Assembly: GCA_051874735.1 (NCBI GenBank)
Contig: JBJEGD010000001.1
Coordinates: 20,893-84,892 of the forward strand
Direction: 5' to 3'
Length of the DNA: 64,000 nucleotides
Source of the DNA: Candidatus Bruticola sp.
GTDB lineage: Bacteria; Vulcanimicrobiota; Xenobia; Xenobiales; Xenobiaceae
A model generated the notes under the pieces. That model was given only the letters and a program-made list of their open reading frames with translations. It made no database searches and was not told the DNA's origin. This document shows positions 58,764-64,000 of this stretch, piece after piece. Numbering within the stretch: position 1 is the first letter of the stretch; the number at the start of each line of letters is the position of its first letter. Position numbers and translations under genes: made by a program.

Positions 58764-61220
58764 TCATTTTACAAAAGCATTGCGTCTATTTTTAGGAATA
58801 ATTTCGTTAGCGTAACTGGGGCCGATAGTGACGTCTGGCATAGGGAAGGCCTTTAAGCTAAACTGGAAATAGAGTTCATTTTGGACGCTGCGGTACACTA
58901 GACTGGTTACCCAATCGTGAGCCTCATAATCTAGTTGATAATCTTGATAAGTGAAACGATGGTTAACTAAGTCGTAGACGCTCCAATGGCTGGCGTACAA
59001 GCCGTCAAAAAGCTTAGTGCGCAAGTTGGTATCCAAATTGCGCCAAGAATGAGAGCTGGGATCGTAACTACAGCTGGCGCCGACAAGCCAATCTTTGTTG
59101 GGTCGGAACTGTAAGCGTGGAGTGACATTTTGAAATTGATCAGTGCGCAGATTGTAACCGCTGACTACTGAGAAATTGAAAACATCGTCTTTAAAAAATT
59201 CAATACCTCCGGTCAAATTTTCGTACCCTGTTATATAGTCGTACTGCAGAGGAGTTTCTCCCCGAGGATTGAGCCAGTTATAATCTAGGCGTAGCGTGCC
59301 CATATCGCCAAGTTCTTGCATCCAACCTAAACGGGCGGCCAGAGAGTACATGCTCTGTCCGTTGCCGTAGAAAAGTTGTCTAAAACCGGCGCCAGCTAAG
59401 AAACGTCCGGAATCGTACTCAAAAGATTGATCGGGAATCTGCAGCTGAAAATCGTAGCGGTTAGTCGAATACATGCTGGGCGATTCTGTAACATAACCTA
59501 AACTAACAGAAGTTAGTAAAGGTACATCGCCTAAAAATATGGGATGGGAGCGCAGTGTAAATTCCGGATTGCGGTTAAGACTGTAATTGCGGTCACCGTT
59601 AGTATTTTCTATTTGCAAATCTGAATCGAACAACTCACTAGTATGGCGCAAACCAATTTGATAATGAAAACGATCAGCCGTGCGATGAGCGGTAGAAATG
59701 GTGGACATTTCCGCTTTCCAGGTAGTAGATAGCTCAGGAGTTAGCTGCAGGTTGTAGTAACTTCGCCAAGTATTGTTTGTGGTATCACTGCCTTTGGTGT
59801 TATAGTTTTGCGAGAAGCGCAGATCTTGCCGGTCGTCCTTGTGCTGGAAAGTAAATAGAGAGTTGATGCGGCTTTCATTAGTAAATCCTGGAGTTTCAGA
59901 TCGGTTAGAAGAAAACTCCCAAGAAATTTTTGTTTGATCGTCAAAAGCGTAATGAATATTACTGTTTAAATCGTAGCGTGAATTGATTTTATCGCCATTT
60001 AAACGATAATAATAAAAGTCACCTCCTCCTTTATCGCCCAGGGAGTAATAATGTCTGATGCCGGTACCTATGCCAGTTTTACTGTAGTAATCCAGCAATA
60101 TTTCACCATAATTGTTGTTATCAAAAACGTAGTCAAAAGTATTTCTGGCAAACCACCCATCTACAGAATTACTGCCTATTTGAGGAATGACTGAGTTTTT
60201 GGCTCTTCTCTTGTTGTCAAGAGGTACATTCATAGTAGGCATGGTGTAGAGCCGGGTATTTTTAAAATAAATGCCTGTGTTACTGGCGATCAGCTTATCT
60301 TGAGGATAGATCTCCACATATTTAGAAACAAACTTGTAATCTAGTTCATCGGTAGGATTATCACAAGTTGTAAAAGTAGAATCAGTCAACACCATTTTTT
60401 CTTTGGTCCATTGCAGAGTATCTGCCCAAAAGAAAATATCGCCATCGACAGTGTTTTCGTTAGATGAAAAATCGTGCCCCTGACCGGTAACATTATGCAT
60501 GATTGTAATCTGGCTGTTAGGATCGTAAGTCAGCCAGTCGGCGGCCACAAAATTATTATTCCAGTAAATAATGCAGTCGCCTACAGCGGTAATTTTTCCA
60601 GTAATTTTATCTAAAACTAAATAATTGCAGAGCATACGAGCCCCCATGACGTCGATGGAGGCGCTACCTTCAGCTTTTATAGAGTCATCAGTTACAGTAA
60701 CTTTATCGGCAATAAGATGGACCGGAGCACCGGCGAAGATGCTGTCATTAGGATCATCAGTGTCCAGCGAGGAAGTAACGTCTTCTCCGTTATCATAATT
60801 TGGGTCTTCGTTCTGTGAATTCAAAGAGAGCTTGATCTCTCTGTCAATTTCAGTTGAGTCAACAGTATTATTAAATAACTGATCTGAAGCTGTATGTTTT
60901 ACGGTAAAAGCGTTGATGTTTGAATTAGAGAAAAAATGTCCGTAGCCGCCTTGAAAGCCTTCCAGATGAGGTCGCCTCTTCAACTGCTCCCCATCTGCAG
61001 AGTCTCCTTGCTCCTGAAGGAGTTTTAAGCGTTTTAAACGCGGAGATAACTTATTGAGAGGATTTAAAAATGAGCCGTTTTGAGGAGAAGAGTAAGTTTT
61101 AGGGTAAGACTGATCCGTGTCTTCCGGCTGTTGAGCTAAAACTTGACCAGCAGAAAACAGGCTGTAGGCTGTCAAAGCCAATACTGCCGCTAATCTGCCG
61201 GAAAAGAATCTAAGGTTCAT
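58764..61220 (-). CDS. lptD: LptD-like outer-membrane LPS assembly protein
   Basis: Signal peptide; OstA-like 'LIADKV...AEG'; 'FTTCD'; long aromatic-rich beta-strand region consistent with a beta-barrel. Confidence 0.75.
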   Translation of the reverse strand: MNLRFFSGRLAAVLALTAYSLFSAGQVLAQQPEDTDQSYPKTYSSPQNGSFLNPLNKLSPRLKRLKLLQEQGDSADGEQLKRRPHLEGFQGGYGHFFSNSNINAFTVKHTASDQLFNNTVDSTEIDREIKLSLNSQNEDPNYDNGEDVTSSLDTDDPNDSIFAGAPVHLIADKVTVTDDSIKAEGSASIDVMGARMLCNYLVLDKITGKITAVGDCIIYWNNNFVAADWLTYDPNSQITIMHNVTGQGHDFSSNENTVDGDIFFWADTLQWTKEKMVLTDSTFTTCDNPTDELDYKFVSKYVEIYPQDKLIASNTGIYFKNTRLYTMPTMNVPLDNKRRAKNSVIPQIGSNSVDGWFARNTFDYVFDNNNYGEILLDYYSKTGIGTGIRHYYSLGDKGGGDFYYYRLNGDKINSRYDLNSNIHYAFDDQTKISWEFSSNRSETPGFTNESRINSLFTFQHKDDRQDLRFSQNYNTKGSDTTNNTWRSYYNLQLTPELSTTWKAEMSTISTAHRTADRFHYQIGLRHTSELFDSDLQIENTNGDRNYSLNRNPEFTLRSHPIFLGDVPLLTSVSLGYVTESPSMYSTNRYDFQLQIPDQSFEYDSGRFLAGAGFRQLFYGNGQSMYSLAARLGWMQELGDMGTLRLDYNWLNPRGETPLQYDYITGYENLTGGIEFFKDDVFNFSVVSGYNLRTDQFQNVTPRLQFRPNKDWLVGASCSYDPSSHSWRNLDTNLRTKLFDGLYASHWSVYDLVNHRFTYQDYQLDYEAHDWVTSLVYRSVQNELYFQFSLKAFPMPDVTIGPSYANEIIPKNRRNAFVK

Positions 61221-61298
61221 AAACGCGCATTATTCCTCATAGAAATTGTGTTTTATCCTAAAATTCACTGATATAGTGCAAACTAAGCGAACTTATTG

Positions 61299-62018
61299 TC
61301 ATTCGTTAGGGTAGCTGACAGAAATTTCGAAAGTTGCAATATCGAAGTTGGCATAAGGAAAAGCGGCGTCGAGATCGTTGTGAGAGATCCAGTCGTTGAG
61401 ATAGTCGTTTGGGTAAAGCGAAGGAACGGGATCTATCAAGCCAAAGAACTTATCGATGCTGAGAGTGTACAGGCTGTTCGAATTCAGGTTATCGCCCATA
61501 AAGTCGATAACCCGCCCTAAATAGGCGTCGCTGGTATTATCAGTTGTCACTACTTGAGCTGAAAAATTGGAATTAACAATGTACTGGCTCAAATAAGTGT
61601 TTGAATCGTAAGGATCGAGCAGTATATTTAAACTGCGTCCGTCTGAACTGATGGAAGCTTCTGGATTGAGACTACCTACCTGATAAAAAGTAAAACCAGC
61701 ATTAGGTAAATTAGCCTGCCTAGTATACCAATCGAAATCTATACCGTTGAAGCGGATAAAGTCGGTAAAGGTATCTGAGTCAGTTACTTCTATAGAACTG
61801 CCAAGTGAATTCAGTAAAATAGCATAGCAGCCGTTGCCTTCGGTATCGATACGTCCGTAAGGGTTGACAGTTATAGTAAAGCGCAGACAGGGAGAGCCGT
61901 TTATATTATTAATAGGTGGAGTTTGTGGACCTATATCAGAAGCACACCCGCTTAAAGTTATCAGCACACCTCCTAATAATAAGGATCCTGCACTTAAAGC
62001 AGTTCTTTTATTGAACAT
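61299..62018 (-). CDS. Hypothetical lipoprotein
   Basis: Lipobox LSGC after a hydrophobic stretch; beta-rich, N/D/S-rich body. Confidence 0.7.
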   Translation of the reverse strand: MFNKRTALSAGSLLLGGVLITLSGCASDIGPQTPPINNINGSPCLRFTITVNPYGRIDTEGNGCYAILLNSLGSSIEVTDSDTFTDFIRFNGIDFDWYTRQANLPNAGFTFYQVGSLNPEASISSDGRSLNILLDPYDSNTYLSQYIVNSNFSAQVVTTDNTSDAYLGRVIDFMGDNLNSNSLYTLSIDKFFGLIDPVPSLYPNDYLNDWISHNDLDAAFPYANFDIATFEISVSYPNE

Positions 62019-62240
62019 GTCGGCTCCATTTTTGTAAAAGTAAAAAATTTGCTCGCTATTCGCCTAAAACGCTTTAATTCTTTTTTTCTGGTTAGTAAAA
62101 TCCTTGTCAATAATATTACAACGTAGAATACGAGTTAAGTGATAAAGGAGGGGAGTGGCAGGAAGAGAAAGGCGCGGAACAATTCTTGCTTTTTTTATTT
62201 GTATAATCAATTATTAATGGATAAGGATAGAAGAATAAAT

Positions 62241-63974
62241 ATGCCCAGTTTGCATAAGACTGAAGAGAACGAAAGGCCGATAAAAAATCTTCGTGATTCG
62301 GATGTTAAAATTACTTCTGAGATGGCGGATGATAGTATCTGTCAGACACGAGAAGGTGTTGAGACGTCAAAATGCTGCGAGCTGATGCAGCTTTGTTGCG
62401 ATAGTAGTTCAGTACGTGGATATAAAGGACCGCTGATTTTAGGAACTTTCTCCGCGCTGTTAATATGTCTATGCTTTCCTTTTATGCGTTTGTGGCCCTT
62501 GATTTTTGTGGCTTTAGTGCCGTTTTTTTGGGCAGCTGCTCGTATCAAAAATGTTAAACAAGCTCTGTGTTTAGGGTTTTCTTTCGGCTTTGTGTTGCAC
62601 TTAGTGTCTATGTCTTGGCTTAGTGTTTTCGGCTGGGCGGCTCCGCCTGCTTTGGCAGTCGAAAAGGGAATTATTCCCGGATTTGTTGCAGCTGCAATAT
62701 TTTGGCTGCGCCATAAGCAGAAAAATTTCGGATTATACGCCGTAGGAGCGGCCTCTCTGTATATTATAGGTGAGTATCTGCAAACTGTGGGTATTTTTGG
62801 TGTGAATTGGGCTTTTTTATCGGCCGCTTTGGCTCGTGTGCCTCTGCTGCTGCAGGCTAACAGCTTATGGGGTATGTGGGGATTGAGTTTTGCAGTTGCT
62901 CTTGTTAACGTAGGATTGGCTGAGTTATTAATTAGAAAGTACAGATTTAAGGAGCTGTCATCTAATGAATCTGCCACTTCAGAGAAAAATATTACCTGTA
63001 AAAATAGTTTAAAAGGTTGGGCTTGGAGCTGTGGTTTACTCTGGGGTGGGATCGTTGTCTTTGGAGTTTGGCAGCTTAGTTTGGCTCCTTCTCCTGAACA
63101 AGCGTCGGAACAACCTGGTGCTGTAAAGTGGGGGATAATTCAGCTTTCCATTCCTCAGAAAAAAAAGTTTGATCCGTTTTTTGCTGAGAAAAACTTCGAT
63201 CTCTTGAAAAAAGCCAGTTTTCAAGCTATTGAACAAGGAGCTGAAGTTATTGGGTGGCCGGAAACTTCCGTACCTTATCTTCATTTTTTATCTAGCAGAG
63301 AAAAACGCCGCTCTTTAAAAAAAATGATTCAGGAATATCCGGCTTGGTATGTAGTAGGTTCCATAGAATCTGCTCCAGAAAATGGAACTTACAACACCAT
63401 GAGTATTTGGAGTGATCGAGGAACTTTTCAAGATCGTTATGAAAAGTGGAATATAGTGCCTTTTGGGGAGTATCTACCATATCGTAAGTATTGGCCAGAG
63501 TGGATTCCCGGTGTTAAGTTGGTTATGAACTATAAGCCCGGCCGAGGTAGTTGCGCTTTCAAAGTAAAAGACAGTAAAGTTGGCATATTAATTTGCTTTG
63601 AATCTATGTGCACTTGGGTGGCCAGACAGCATGTACTTAAAGGAGCAGAGATACTTTTTGCTCCTACCAATGACGCTTGGTTTAAAGAAACGGCTGAGTT
63701 GCCCGGCCATTTTGATATGTCTATTCTTAGGGCTGTTGAGTTGTCTCGTCCTGTAATTCCAGTGGGTAATACTGGTATATCCGGATTTATCGATCAATAT
63801 GGACGCGTACTTCAGGAGTCTAAAATTAATGAAGAAGCTATTATGGTCGGCTGTGTAGTGCCTAATAGTAAACTTACTCTTTATGCCATAATAGGCGATT
63901 GGGTGATATGTTTGTATATTTTGCTGCTAGCGGGCTGCCTGATTTTTAGCCCTAAGAGCAGGGGTGTTGATTGA
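62241..63974 (+). CDS. lnt: Apolipoprotein N-acyltransferase
   Basis: Multiple TMs and the nitrilase triad WPET / YEKWNIVPFGEY / ICFES; NDAWF, NTGIS; start uncertain. Confidence 0.93.
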   Translation: MPSLHKTEENERPIKNLRDSDVKITSEMADDSICQTREGVETSKCCELMQLCCDSSSVRGYKGPLILGTFSALLICLCFPFMRLWPLIFVALVPFFWAAARIKNVKQALCLGFSFGFVLHLVSMSWLSVFGWAAPPALAVEKGIIPGFVAAAIFWLRHKQKNFGLYAVGAASLYIIGEYLQTVGIFGVNWAFLSAALARVPLLLQANSLWGMWGLSFAVALVNVGLAELLIRKYRFKELSSNESATSEKNITCKNSLKGWAWSCGLLWGGIVVFGVWQLSLAPSPEQASEQPGAVKWGIIQLSIPQKKKFDPFFAEKNFDLLKKASFQAIEQGAEVIGWPETSVPYLHFLSSREKRRSLKKMIQEYPAWYVVGSIESAPENGTYNTMSIWSDRGTFQDRYEKWNIVPFGEYLPYRKYWPEWIPGVKLVMNYKPGRGSCAFKVKDSKVGILICFESMCTWVARQHVLKGAEILFAPTNDAWFKETAELPGHFDMSILRAVELSRPVIPVGNTGISGFIDQYGRVLQESKINEEAIMVGCVVPNSKLTLYAIIGDWVICLYILLLAGCLIFSPKSRGVD

Positions 63975-64000
63975 TAAAAAGGCTGGTTTATTGATTGTTA

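Noticed and set aside
62342-62977. 211-aa antisense ORF inside lnt (and similar shadow ORFs at 26328-26789, 29365-29832, 39361-39822 and 47780-48277)
   Set aside because: They lie opposite well-supported genes, show no motifs, and are typical antisense shadows.

Overview
Bacterial chromosomal window, densely coding (about 50 CDSs) and mostly housekeeping. I see no rRNA, tRNA, CRISPR array, transposase, integrase or phage gene. The organism looks like an anaerobic, fermentative diderm (NfnAB, Buk/Ptb, ADP-forming acyl-CoA synthetase, FeoABC; HldD, LptD-like, Lnt) that also carries Firmicutes-type genes (RqcH, RapZ-YvcK, DUF881-Sbp). This suggests a diderm Terrabacteria lineage such as Eremiobacterota/Vulcanimicrobiota, which is inference only. 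Gene content also includes mtaB-pyk, gmk, an SPFH pair, LysM-NlpC/P60, MATE, fused lysC-lysA, glnA, dapA, an aro cluster, truB and an AmmeMemo fusion. The most notable signals are: (1) several intact ORFs whose catalytic motifs are specifically destroyed, namely a Pro/Ala-repeat SF1 pseudo-helicase, a DagK-family pseudokinase (GGDDT, DGI) and a CxxC-less TlpA lipoprotein; (2) an unannotated rod-like structured RNA of about 200 nt ending in an intrinsic terminator just upstream of the SPFH pair; (3) pervasive low-complexity loop insertions and terminal extensions in otherwise conserved enzymes; (4) an orphan protein made of four helical repeats and a zinc ribbon. All product calls come from motif recognition by eye; no database search was run.
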